A stretch of 32,000 nt of DNA, taken from Chitinophagaceae bacterium (lineage in GTDB: Bacteria > Bacteroidota > Bacteroidia > Chitinophagales > Chitinophagaceae). Positions 23,888 through 32,000 of the stretch are shown piece after piece. The translations under genes and the position numbers were made by a program. Numbering within the stretch: the stretch's first letter is position 1; each line of letters starts with the position of its first letter. Where the stretch lies: NCBI GenBank assembly GCA_040007815.1, contig JBDTUH010000006.1, positions 267,207-299,206 of the forward strand, given 5' to 3'. The notes beneath the pieces were generated by a model. The model did not search any database. It had not been told where the DNA came from and saw only the letters and a list, made by a program, of their open reading frames with translations.

Positions 23888-25081
23888 TTACAAAATACTT
23901 TTCATCTTCATTTCCACTTGTACCAATTCTCCTTCACGCCGCAGTACAAGCCTGATTTTTGTGTTAGAAGATAAAATAGCCGTTTTATATTTATTAAAGT
24001 TTTGAGTAAAATCATTATTAACGGCGATAACCACATCACCCTGTTTTATCCCCGCTTTATCTGCCGGTGATCCTTCCGCCACACTTCCTATTTCTATTTT
24101 CCCATCCACAAAGTATAGTTCCATCCCAGAATAAGAATAATCAAACGGATCCCTGAAATGCGAATTAGGCACCAAATGAATATCTCTCTTTTGATAATTG
24201 AATATAACATTGAAGCGTCGTAATATATCATTCCCAATCAATCCCCCGAGATAAGGGTAGGAGGTAACATTATAAGTATCCTCGAAAATATAAGCAGGCA
24301 CATTCCGGAAACGATAAGGACCCATCTTTAGTTCCTTGACAATGGTCAGGTTCATGCTGATCTTACCACCGATACCTTCTCCTTCTTTCGGCCATAGCCT
24401 CCGTTTCTTTTGCAGAAGCGAACTATCCTCTACAAAATCTTTTGACAACATGAGGCACACACCTGCTCCTATATCATGGAGAAAACGGACATTAAAACTG
24501 CCCTCATCTCTTATGCGGGCGAATTGAACCGGTAATGTGCTGATAATAGGCTTAAGCAAATAGCCTCCCCTGGGATAGCGGAGAGTGCCCTTGCTACAGA
24601 TATCTATATAGAGGCTGTCATAGTTTATTTTAATAATATACCGGCTCAGTAAGGAATAACCAATGATGCCGTCTATTTGCTCGCCATATACACTGGTTAA
24701 GACTGAATAATCGTTAACATGAAAATTAAGGCTGTCAACCGTTAACCCTGGGAATTTCAACTTGCGGTTATACAAAAAACCAACTTTTTTAATCCCGGCT
24801 ATGCCCCTGATGGTTCTGTCTGATGGTTCAGGATGCAGGTTAAGATAAGCTACAGTAGCGGAGTCAAGTGAAATACCGCTGCTGCCTGTATCCAGTATAA
24901 AATTCAATGTATCGGGAAAATCATCCAGTTTGGCACTTAAAATTACAACTCCCCCGGTAAGCTGGGTAATGGGAAAACGGCTCAGTAAGCGGGAAGCCGG
25001 CTCAATAAATTCCTCTTGGGACCAGCCAGTCAAACCAGCCAGCAGCATGAGCGCAAGCAATCTTATTTTTTTTCTTCCCAT
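23888..25081 (-). CDS. Bilobal retropepsin-like aspartyl protease with a C-terminal PDZ domain, secreted
   Basis: 'FILDTGSSGISL' (DTG) and a second lobe 'FLHDIGAGVCL' (DIG). PDZ-like 'GSPADKAGIKQGDVVIAVNN'. The signal peptide 'KKIRLLALMLLAGLTGWSQ' favours a start at Met22 (25081). The track ORF extends to 25144. Confidence 0.78.
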   Translation of the reverse strand: MGRKKIRLLALMLLAGLTGWSQEEFIEPASRLLSRFPITQLTGGVVILSAKLDDFPDTLNFILDTGSSGISLDSATVAYLNLHPEPSDRTIRGIAGIKKVGFLYNRKLKFPGLTVDSLNFHVNDYSVLTSVYGEQIDGIIGYSLLSRYIIKINYDSLYIDICSKGTLRYPRGGYLLKPIISTLPVQFARIRDEGSFNVRFLHDIGAGVCLMLSKDFVEDSSLLQKKRRLWPKEGEGIGGKISMNLTIVKELKMGPYRFRNVPAYIFEDTYNVTSYPYLGGLIGNDILRRFNVIFNYQKRDIHLVPNSHFRDPFDYSYSGMELYFVDGKIEIGSVAEGSPADKAGIKQGDVVIAVNNDFTQNFNKYKTAILSSNTKIRLVLRREGELVQVEMKMKSIL

Positions 25082-25254
25082 AGGTAGCATCCCGTTGGTA
25101 AATAAAGACAAAAGAAACGTCCTGATTGACGCAGCCTCTTCCATATTCTAATAAATTTAGGCCAATACGCCACATAAACAAAACCGTACAACCCTTTTCT
25201 TGTTGTAGCATTGTATTTTTGCACCCCAATCTCCGGAAAGTAAAAAACACCACT

Positions 25255-26379
25255 ATGTCAATACCCGATTTATTAGAAAGAGCCGTGCAATTTGAATTTT
25301 TATCTGTAGAAGAAGGTGTTTATCTCTACCATCAAGCACCGCTTACCGACCTGATGTTTATTGCGGATGAATTGCGCAGAAAACAAGTACCCCACGGAAA
25401 AGTAACCTGGCAGATAGATCGCAATGTTAATACAACGAATGTGTGCATTGCCAACTGTAAGTTCTGCAATTTCTTTCGGGTACCGGGTCATCCCGAAGCA
25501 TATATCACGGAAATGCCCGTGTACCGGCGGAAAATTGAAGAGACGCTAAAGTATGGTGGTGATCAATTACTGTTACAGGGTGGCCATCATCCGGAACTAG
25601 GCTTGCAATTTTATGTTGATACTTTTCGCCGGATAAAAGCGGAATATCCTTCCATTAAATTACACACGCTTGGGCCACCCGAAGTAGCGCATATCACCAA
25701 GCTGGAAAAAAGCAATCACCGTGACGTACTGGTGGCATTAAAAGAAGCAGGGATGGATTCATTACCCGGTGCCGGCGCGGAAATATTAATAGACCGTGTA
25801 CGCCGATTGATCTCTAAAGGAAAATGCGGTGCGCAGGAATGGCTCGACATCATGCATGAAGCGCATAAATTGCGTATCACCACTTCCGCCACCATGATGT
25901 TTGGTCATGTAGAAACGATTGAAGAACGTTTTGAACATTTGGTAAAGATCCGTGAAGTACAAAGCCGCAAACCGGATGATGCAAAGGGTTTCCTCGCTTT
26001 TATTCCCTGGACTTTCCAGGACGTAGATACCCTGCTGGCAAAAATCCGGGGCGTACATAATCTGACAACCGCTGATGAATATATACGCATGATCGCCCTA
26101 AGCCGCATCATGCTGCCCAATATAAAAAACATTCAGGCCAGCTGGCTGACCGTAGGTAAACAAACCGCGCAAATTTGTCTGCATAGCGGCGCCAATGATT
26201 TTGGCTCTATCATGATAGAAGAAAATGTAGTGAGTGCCGCCGGCGCCCCGCATCGCTTTACTTACAAAACCATCCAGGATGCCATTCGTGAAGCAGGATT
26301 TGAGCCGCAACTTCGCAACCAGCAATATGAATGGAGAGAGATCCCGGAAATGATAGAAGAGCAGGTGATAAATTATTAA
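25255..26379 (+). CDS. Radical SAM enzyme of the MqnC/MqnE/CofH family (futalosine-type menaquinone biosynthesis-like)
   Basis: CxxxCxxC cluster in 'NVCIANCKFCNF'. 'LLLQGGHHPEL', 'SLPGAGAEIL', 'TSATMMFGHVET.EER.EHL' and 'FIPWTFQ' are typical of this subfamily. I prefer ATG 25255 (MSIPDLL) because the upstream extension in the track overlaps the divergent protease gene. Confidence 0.8.
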   Translation: MSIPDLLERAVQFEFLSVEEGVYLYHQAPLTDLMFIADELRRKQVPHGKVTWQIDRNVNTTNVCIANCKFCNFFRVPGHPEAYITEMPVYRRKIEETLKYGGDQLLLQGGHHPELGLQFYVDTFRRIKAEYPSIKLHTLGPPEVAHITKLEKSNHRDVLVALKEAGMDSLPGAGAEILIDRVRRLISKGKCGAQEWLDIMHEAHKLRITTSATMMFGHVETIEERFEHLVKIREVQSRKPDDAKGFLAFIPWTFQDVDTLLAKIRGVHNLTTADEYIRMIALSRIMLPNIKNIQASWLTVGKQTAQICLHSGANDFGSIMIEENVVSAAGAPHRFTYKTIQDAIREAGFEPQLRNQQYEWREIPEMIEEQVINY

Positions 26380-26417
26380 CCCCAAATCCCTAAAGGGGCT
26401 TTAGACTCCGAAATTAG

Positions 26418-26442
26418 TGTCACCCTGAGCTTGCCGAAGGGT
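26418..26442 (+). repeat. REP-type element TGTCACCC-TGAGCTTGCCGAA-GGGT(T), a long-loop relative of the REPs at 13941/14067
   Basis: It shares the 8-nt head TGTCACCC and the tail GGGTT with the 13941 element. The stem is ACCCT/AGGGT. It is preceded by a CCC-TAAA-GGG hairpin at 26388-26397 and lies in the 89-bp spacer after the radical SAM gene. Confidence 0.7.
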
Positions 26443-26468
26443 TAATTATAAAAAAGGTATACGAGAAC

Positions 26469-26771
26469 ATGAAAAAGACATTTAGCTGGTTTAGAAAAAT
26501 CGCTTTCGCTGAAGGAGTGTCCTTTCTTGTTTTATTACTTATTGCGATGCCCTTAAAATATTTAGCGCACAAACCAATAGCGGTTACTATTGTTGGTGGC
26601 TTACATGGTCTTTTATTTGTTGGGTTTATAGTAATGGCATGGGAAGTGAAAAATGAATATAAAAAAGACTGGGGCTGGGTAGCTAAATCCTTTATCGCTT
26701 CTATACTTCCGTTTGGTACGTTTGTAATGGATAAGCAGTGGAGGAAAGAGGAAGCCGTCGGGCAATCCTGA
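26469..26771 (+). CDS. DUF3817-family small integral membrane protein
   Basis: 'FRKIAFAEGVSFLVLLLIAMPLKY', 'GGLHGLLFV' and 'ILPFGTF' match the DUF3817 pattern as I remember it. Confidence 0.75.
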   Translation: MKKTFSWFRKIAFAEGVSFLVLLLIAMPLKYLAHKPIAVTIVGGLHGLLFVGFIVMAWEVKNEYKKDWGWVAKSFIASILPFGTFVMDKQWRKEEAVGQS

Positions 26772-26814
26772 TTTCAATGTACAGCATGCGACAAGTATAA
26801 TAAATTTTCAACGC

Positions 26815-27390
26815 ATGAAATCACTTACCGGTTTCTTTGATGCCATTTCTCCATTGAAAGAAAAAACATGGGAAGAGTTATTGCCACTGTTTAAAGAAAC
26901 CGCGCTTTCAGCTAACGAATATTTTGTAAGAGAAAATGAAGTAGCGCGAAAAATAGCTTTTTTAGAATCCGGTGTGGTCAGAGCTTTCTTCATCAACCAG
27001 GAAGGCCAGGAATACAACAAACAATTTTTTGTAGGGCCTTCCAGCATTGGTGGCTATACCTCCTTACTTACCGGTAAGGCTAATCTTATTCCCCAGCAGG
27101 CCTTAACCGATTGCAAAATATGCAGCTGCGATTTCAGGTCGTTAACGGATCGATATGATCAATATCCTGATCTTGAACGGCTGGCAAGGAAAATGGCCGA
27201 ATACTATTTTTTGGAAAAAGAAAAAAAGGAATTGGAAATTGTTTTGTTAGACGCCTCTCAGCGATACAGGATATTTCAAAAAGAATTTCCAACGCTTGAA
27301 CAGCTCATTCCTCAATACCATATCGCCTCCTATCTTGGTATCTCCGCTACGCAGTTGAGCCGGATACGTCATCAATTTGCCAATAAATAG
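26815..27390 (+). CDS. Crp/Fnr-family transcriptional regulator (cNMP-binding domain plus C-terminal HTH)
   Basis: At 191 aa, it has an N-terminal beta-roll-like region ('FVRENEVARKIAFLESGVVRAF') and the C-terminal HTH 'IASYLGISATQLSRIR'. Confidence 0.82.
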   Translation: MKSLTGFFDAISPLKEKTWEELLPLFKETALSANEYFVRENEVARKIAFLESGVVRAFFINQEGQEYNKQFFVGPSSIGGYTSLLTGKANLIPQQALTDCKICSCDFRSLTDRYDQYPDLERLARKMAEYYFLEKEKKELEIVLLDASQRYRIFQKEFPTLEQLIPQYHIASYLGISATQLSRIRHQFANK

Positions 27391-27405
27391 ATAGCGGCTC
27401 CTTTC

Positions 27406-27419
27406 TTTACATATGTAAA
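27406..27419. promoter_or_regulatory. Perfect 14-bp palindrome TTTAC-ATAT-GTAAA, a candidate operator
   Basis: The sequence is self-complementary. It lies 16 bp after the Crp/Fnr-family gene stop and 56 bp before the ATG of the next gene. The 5-N4-5 geometry matches FNR-type boxes. Confidence 0.4.
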
Positions 27420-27474
27420 TGCTTTTCCTTTTGTGGTGCTGTTGCTTTGTACCATCAAATCAACTTAAAAACAA

Positions 27475-28599
27475 ATGAAAAAGCTAAAAAAAATCTTCCT
27501 GCTTATTTTAGCAGCTGTGTTGCTTTCCGCCGTTCTTATTTTCCTCAACTCCTGTGGTATTCATCCCGTTGCATGGAATCCATCCGCCAACACTGAACTT
27601 AGGAATGCTTCTGTACTGAATGAAAAACTCACCCATTCACAAAAAATTTCCCTGAATGGCTGGTATGGTCCTGAAGACATTGTATTTGACAGTGCCGGTA
27701 AAATGTACACCGGGGTACATAGTAAAGAAACTGATTTCAGTGGTGGAAGAATTCTGAAGATCGACACAGCAGGAAAGGTAGAAGTTTTCTTTAATGCTGG
27801 TTCATGGGTAGCAGGACTGCATTTTGATAATAGTGGAAATCTTATAGCCTTAAGTCATAAACAGGGGTTGATCAGTATTGACCCGCAGAAAAGGGTAACC
27901 GTTCTCGCTGACCGGGATGCAACCGGAAAACCATTTTTTATTCCCAACGGGTTAGATATTGCTTCCGATGGAAGGATCTTTTTTTCCAACACATCACATA
28001 AATCCGCTTATACTATTGATTATGGAAGAAAAATGATCTTAGAGACAAAACCCCTGGGCGGTTTATACCTTTATGATCCTTCATTGAAGAAAGTAGAAAC
28101 ATTAATTGATGGAACCTATTTTGGAAATGGCGTTGTGCTTTCTAAAGATGAAAGCTATGTACTGATGGTAGAAACGACCAGGTACAGAATACAACGGTAT
28201 TGGCTCAAGGGCGACAAGGCGGGACAAACAGATACATTCGTCGATAATTTGCCGGGGTTTCCAAATGGTATATCAATCCGCGAAGACGGCAGTTATTGGC
28301 TGGGTTTTTCTACCAAACGAACGGATGCACTTGACAACATTCATGCAAAGCCCGGAATGAAAAAAATTGTTTATGGTTTACCGAGCTGGCTTCAACCCAA
28401 GCCGGAGAAATTTGGAATGGTCATGAATATTTCTCCTGATGGAAAAATAGTAGAATCCCTTTTTGATACCAAGGGTATAGTAATGCCTGAAGCCGGTGCT
28501 GTTAGGGAGTATAAAGGTTACTTGTATCTGGGTGGCGATGTAGTTTCGCATATCGGCAAATACAACCTTCATGGAGAACAGTATAGTGCAAAAAAATAA
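27475..28599 (+). CDS. Strictosidine synthase-like / SMP-30-gluconolactonase-LRE family six-bladed propeller, N-terminally anchored
   Basis: Signal/anchor 'IFLLILAAVLLSAVLIFLNSC'. 'GPEDIVFDSAGKMYTG', 'NGLDIASDGRIFFS' and 'FPNGISIREDGSYWLG' are blade motifs of this family. Confidence 0.72.
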   Translation: MKKLKKIFLLILAAVLLSAVLIFLNSCGIHPVAWNPSANTELRNASVLNEKLTHSQKISLNGWYGPEDIVFDSAGKMYTGVHSKETDFSGGRILKIDTAGKVEVFFNAGSWVAGLHFDNSGNLIALSHKQGLISIDPQKRVTVLADRDATGKPFFIPNGLDIASDGRIFFSNTSHKSAYTIDYGRKMILETKPLGGLYLYDPSLKKVETLIDGTYFGNGVVLSKDESYVLMVETTRYRIQRYWLKGDKAGQTDTFVDNLPGFPNGISIREDGSYWLGFSTKRTDALDNIHAKPGMKKIVYGLPSWLQPKPEKFGMVMNISPDGKIVESLFDTKGIVMPEAGAVREYKGYLYLGGDVVSHIGKYNLHGEQYSAKK

Positions 28600-28631
28600 A
28601 CAAGCAAGCATTTACTATACAAAATAACATT

Positions 28632-29171
28632 ATGATAAAGCAGGGGAACAGCATAACAAATGCAAGGACAGGCCAGCGAATGATCTTTTTACAAACATGG
28701 GCGGAAACAAACGGCACTCAACTGCAGATCGAATGCTTTAGCCCGGTGACAACTCTAAAAGAGCCGGAGCATATTCACCCCTTCCAGGAAAACAGGTTTA
28801 AGTTATTAAATGGAGAGCTTTGTTTTTGTATTAACGGAAAGGAACAGATTGTTTATGCCGGTGATTCCATATCAATTCCTAAAAATGTTCCCCATCATTT
28901 CCGGAACTCCGGAAATACCGAAGCACACTATATCCAGGAGTTTTATCCCGCTTTACGAATTGACCGGCTTTTCGAAACGTTTTTTGCTCTCGCCCGTGAT
29001 GGAAAGTTGAACCGGAAGGGTGCTCCCAATATCTTTCGTACATCCGTAATTATGCTGGCGCATGAAAAGGAGATCAGGTTGGCGAAACCGGCATGGGTTC
29101 TACAAAAAACTCTTTTTACTTTATTGGCGCCGGTTGGTAAATTGTTGGGTTACAAAGATGAATACAATTAA
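28632..29171 (+). CDS. Cupin-domain protein
   Basis: 'EHIHPFQENRF....G' followed by 'GDSISIPKNVPHHFRN' gives cupin motifs 1 and 2 with His/Glu metal ligands. Confidence 0.72.
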   Translation: MIKQGNSITNARTGQRMIFLQTWAETNGTQLQIECFSPVTTLKEPEHIHPFQENRFKLLNGELCFCINGKEQIVYAGDSISIPKNVPHHFRNSGNTEAHYIQEFYPALRIDRLFETFFALARDGKLNRKGAPNIFRTSVIMLAHEKEIRLAKPAWVLQKTLFTLLAPVGKLLGYKDEYN

Positions 29172-29262
29172 GGGCAATGTATTTATTGAAAAATAATTAC
29201 CGGGTTAATTATCTGAAAGTAATTTTTATCTTTCCTGTTCCAAGGCCTTAACTAAAATCAGC

Positions 29263-30117
29263 ATGAAGAAGAAGTTTATGAAAATATCACTAGGAGGCTT
29301 CATTATTATACTGTTATGGTTAATTGTGGCGCAGAGTTGTATGAAATTTAAAATAAGCGATAGTGAAGCCAAAAAAGATTTTGAAAAGGAGGGTGTCGCA
29401 CTAACCACTAAAACAGTAAAGGTGGGCAAGCGCCATATGCACTACGCCCAGTCAGGAAACGATACACTGCCTACTATCGTTTTTGTACATGGTTCTCCCG
29501 GTAGCTGGAATGCGTTTACCCAATACATGAAGGATAAAGATCTGTTGAGTAAGTACAGGATGATATCAATTGACCGGCCGGGATTTGGAAACAGTGATTT
29601 TGGAAGGGCCGAGCCCTTGAAAGGGCAATCTGAATTAATCAGTCCACTGTTTAATGAATGGAAAAACGGTAAACCCGTTTATCTCGTTGGGCATTCATTA
29701 GGAGGCCCAATGATCATTCAATTGTATGCCGATAACCCGGGAATAGTGAGTGGTCTTGTATTATTAGCTGCATCAGTAGATCCGGCTGAAGAAAAAAAAG
29801 AGTCCTGGAGATACATCATGGATGGAGCATTGATGCAGTATTTTATGCCCGGTGCATTCCGGCCCAGCAACAGGGAGTTGGTTTACTTTAAGAAAGATGT
29901 AAATACGCTGCAGGATAAGTTCGCCGCTGTTAAAGGCAAAGTATATATCGTCCACGGCACGAAAGATACTTTTGTGCCTCCGGGGAATGCAGGCTATGCC
30001 ATCAAAAAATTAGTGAATGCCGCTTCGGTAGAAACAATAATGATAGAGGGAGCCAATCATTTTATACCCTGGCAACATTATGATACCATAAAGAAAGTGC
30101 TGATGAAGTTGTACTAG
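29263..30117 (+). CDS. Alpha/beta-fold hydrolase, probable lipoprotein
   Basis: Lipobox-like 'LIVAQSC', oxyanion 'VFVHGSPGSW', nucleophile elbow 'GHSLGG' and a C-terminal 'GANHFIPW' His. Confidence 0.85.
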   Translation: MKKKFMKISLGGFIIILLWLIVAQSCMKFKISDSEAKKDFEKEGVALTTKTVKVGKRHMHYAQSGNDTLPTIVFVHGSPGSWNAFTQYMKDKDLLSKYRMISIDRPGFGNSDFGRAEPLKGQSELISPLFNEWKNGKPVYLVGHSLGGPMIIQLYADNPGIVSGLVLLAASVDPAEEKKESWRYIMDGALMQYFMPGAFRPSNRELVYFKKDVNTLQDKFAAVKGKVYIVHGTKDTFVPPGNAGYAIKKLVNAASVETIMIEGANHFIPWQHYDTIKKVLMKLY

Positions 30118-30191
30118 CTTCTATAAAATCGGAAACCGAAAAGCCGGGTTGTATTGTATTTTTACCGGCGATATATCAAACGTAAACTAAA

Positions 30192-31298
30192 ATGTTCAGC
30201 CTTTCCGCCGAATACAAAATAAAATGGAACAAGGTTCTGACGATTATTATTGTATGGATGATCATTGCAGTGGTAATATCTATTTATGACCATATTGCAT
30301 TGCATTCAAAACTTTCCCGCGGTACACCGGCTGATTACAGCTTTTTTACCAATTTAGTATTTAATATAATCTCCGCTTTTATAGGTGGCATCCTGGGTGG
30401 AGGTTTTTTAGTTTTTTTTGTTAATGAAAAACTGAGGAGTAAGCCTTATTGGATGACGGTTCTGTTTGTCGCCATTTCTTTTATTCTGATTGTTGCTTTT
30501 ATCGCCGCCCTGCTTTCATTGATAATAGCGCCAACTATTACGGGTAAGCCGCTGATTGACCCGGAAACCCGGAAGGCGTTTTCTAACTCTTTGTTTAATT
30601 CCGTGCATCTCAAAAATATTGTTATCTGGTCAATTGTTGTGGCCCTCACACAACTGACACTACAGATTAACGACAAGTTTGGCCAGGGTATTTTATGGAA
30701 TTTTATAAAAGGCCGGTATAATATACCCCGCGAGGAAACAAGAATCTTCATGTTTGTAGATCTTATTTCGTCAACCACTATAGCAGAAAAATTAGGCAAC
30801 GAAAAATATCATCTTTTTTTGCGGGATTTTTACGCTGATATCACCAATGCCATCATTTACAACAAAGGAGAAATTTACCAGTATGTGGGCGATGAGATCG
30901 TTATTTCATGGAAACTGGATGCAGGTATTGCCAATAATCAATGCCTGAAATGTTATTTTGATATGCGTAAAACCATCATGGGGTTAAAGGAAAAGTATGA
31001 ATCCAAATATGAAATGTCGCCTGATTTCAAAGCAGGTCTGCACTATGGGAAAGTGATAGCGGGTGAAATTGGCATCATCAAAAGAGATATCACTTTTTCA
31101 GGTGATGTGCTGAATACAGCCTCCCGTATTCAAAGCAAATGCAATGAGTACAAGGTGAAGATCCTCAGCTCGGATGAATTGTTGCAAAAACTTCCTTACG
31201 AAAACCAGTATAAGCGAATTCAAATTGGTGATATTGAACTGAAGGGAAAAGAAACCAAAGTGCCGCTGAGTACACTGGAAATAATTGAACATGTTTGA
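30192..31298 (+). CDS. Membrane-anchored class III adenylate/guanylate cyclase
   Basis: About 4-5 N-terminal hydrophobic helices, then the cyclase core 'IFMFVDLISSTTIAE', 'IYQYVGDEIVISW' and 'ITFSGDVLNTASRIQ'. Confidence 0.85.
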   Translation: MFSLSAEYKIKWNKVLTIIIVWMIIAVVISIYDHIALHSKLSRGTPADYSFFTNLVFNIISAFIGGILGGGFLVFFVNEKLRSKPYWMTVLFVAISFILIVAFIAALLSLIIAPTITGKPLIDPETRKAFSNSLFNSVHLKNIVIWSIVVALTQLTLQINDKFGQGILWNFIKGRYNIPREETRIFMFVDLISSTTIAEKLGNEKYHLFLRDFYADITNAIIYNKGEIYQYVGDEIVISWKLDAGIANNQCLKCYFDMRKTIMGLKEKYESKYEMSPDFKAGLHYGKVIAGEIGIIKRDITFSGDVLNTASRIQSKCNEYKVKILSSDELLQKLPYENQYKRIQIGDIELKGKETKVPLSTLEIIEHV

Positions 31299-31331
31299 GA
31301 TTGATCACTATTCAAACGGTGGTACAAATAT

Positions 31332-32000
31332 TTAGCTTATCAACTGCACTACATCATTTCTTTCATTCAACAACACCATTTTGGCTTTAAAGCCTTTCTC
31401 TATTTTTCCCAATTCTTTTTCCAACCCCATTACCCTGGCCGGGTATAAACTGCACATCCGTAATGCTTCCCCCAAGTCAACACCCGTGTGCTCCACTAAA
31501 TTTTGAATCGCTTTATTCATGGTCAATGCGGAACCACTAAGAATACCATTGGAAACATATTTACTTCCTTCCAAGTGATGAGGATAATAGCCTTCCGTAG
31601 TTTCGGTTACGGCATCGGTAATGATAAATAATCTTTCTTTCATCACCTCTTTGGCAATGCGAATAGCGGCAAAATCCACATGGTGACCATCGGGAATAAT
31701 ACTTGCCATGACTTTTTTACTATCCATAGCCGCACCAACTAATCCCGGCGCCCGGTGTTGTAAAGGACTCATAGCATTGTACAGATGTGTAACTGCCGTT
31801 ATTCCTTTGGTAAAACTATTTGTCGCTTCGGTATACGTAGCATTACTATGCCCTGCAGAAATAATGATCCCATACGAAAGAATTAGATCAATTACCTCCT
31901 GGCTGCAAACCTCCGGCGCCAGCGTAATGATCTTAATAACACCTTTGCCATATTCAAGCAAGGTCTGCGCCTGCTCCACCGATGGGGAATGTATATATGA
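31332..32000 (-). CDS. nagA: N-acetylglucosamine-6-phosphate deacetylase, C-terminal ~222 aa. The 5' end lies outside the window.
   Basis: 'ITLAPE', 'SAGHSNATY.EA', 'THLYNAMS...HR.PGLVGA' and 'IIPDGHHV' are NagA blocks. The frame stays open upstream of the GTG at 31979 to the window edge. Confidence 0.85.
   Translation of the reverse strand, partial: SYIHSPSVEQAQTLLEYGKGVIKIITLAPEVCSQEVIDLILSYGIIISAGHSNATYTEATNSFTKGITAVTHLYNAMSPLQHRAPGLVGAAMDSKKVMASIIPDGHHVDFAAIRIAKEVMKERLFIITDAVTETTEGYYPHHLEGSKYVSNGILSGSALTMNKAIQNLVEHTGVDLGEALRMCSLYPARVMGLEKELGKIEKGFKAKMVLLNERNDVVQLIS

Noticed and set aside
25126-25254. N-terminal extension of the radical SAM ORF in the track (start 25126)
   Set aside because: The extension overlaps the 5' end of the divergent protease ORF and is not homologous-looking. 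The canonical N-terminus begins at ATG 25255 (MSIPDLLERA).
26778-26793. TGTAC-N6-CGACA upstream of the Crp/Fnr gene as a CRP-like autoregulatory box
   Set aside because: Only the outer TGT/ACA triplets are symmetric, and the inner positions do not pair. This is too weak to call in AT-rich DNA.
29193-29212. Inverted repeat ATAATTA-CCGGGT-TAATTAT about 50 bp upstream of the alpha/beta hydrolase gene
   Set aside because: The arms are 7 bp and AT-only in an AT-rich spacer, so chance occurrence is plausible. I saw no second copy.

Overview
This 32-kb chromosomal window looks Bacteroidota-like (Chitinophagia/Sphingobacteriia-style gene content, roughly 40% GC by eye). The taxon is an inference. 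I support about 24 protein-coding genes and saw no rRNA, tRNA or CRISPR. The dominant feature is an 8.6-kb gene (5233-13860, +) for a 2875-aa hybrid sensor histidine kinase. Its architecture is: signal peptide, periplasmic beta-propeller/Y_Y_Y sensor (HTCS-like), one TM helix, nine head-to-tail GAF-domain units (7696-12408, period 522-528 bp) joined by a nearly invariant helical linker, HisKA/HATPase, one intact receiver, and a truncated pseudo-receiver lacking the acceptor Asp. Directly downstream are a cluster of REP-type hairpins with an IS200/IS605-type Y1 (RAYT-like) transposase gene, then a CheY-like response regulator and a GAF-regulated class III nucleotidyl cyclase. A second cyclic-nucleotide module sits at 26.8-31.3 kb: a Crp/Fnr-type cNMP-binding regulator, a perfect 14-bp palindrome, a strictosidine-synthase-like propeller, a cupin, an alpha/beta-hydrolase lipoprotein and a membrane-anchored class III cyclase. 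Both cyclases carry Gln/Thr at the two base-specifying positions instead of the canonical Lys/Asp or Glu/Cys. The remaining genes are: partial D-aminoacylase, DoxX, a beta-lactamase-fold serine hydrolase, DUF418/YeiB-like, an SGNH lipase, a fused E1 alpha/beta 2-oxoacid dehydrogenase (with a low-complexity repeat in its linker), a putative OM barrel, an M16 peptidase pair, a bilobal retropepsin-like protease with PDZ, an MqnC/MqnE-family radical SAM enzyme, DUF3817, and partial NagA. All family names come from motif recognition by eye; no database search was run.
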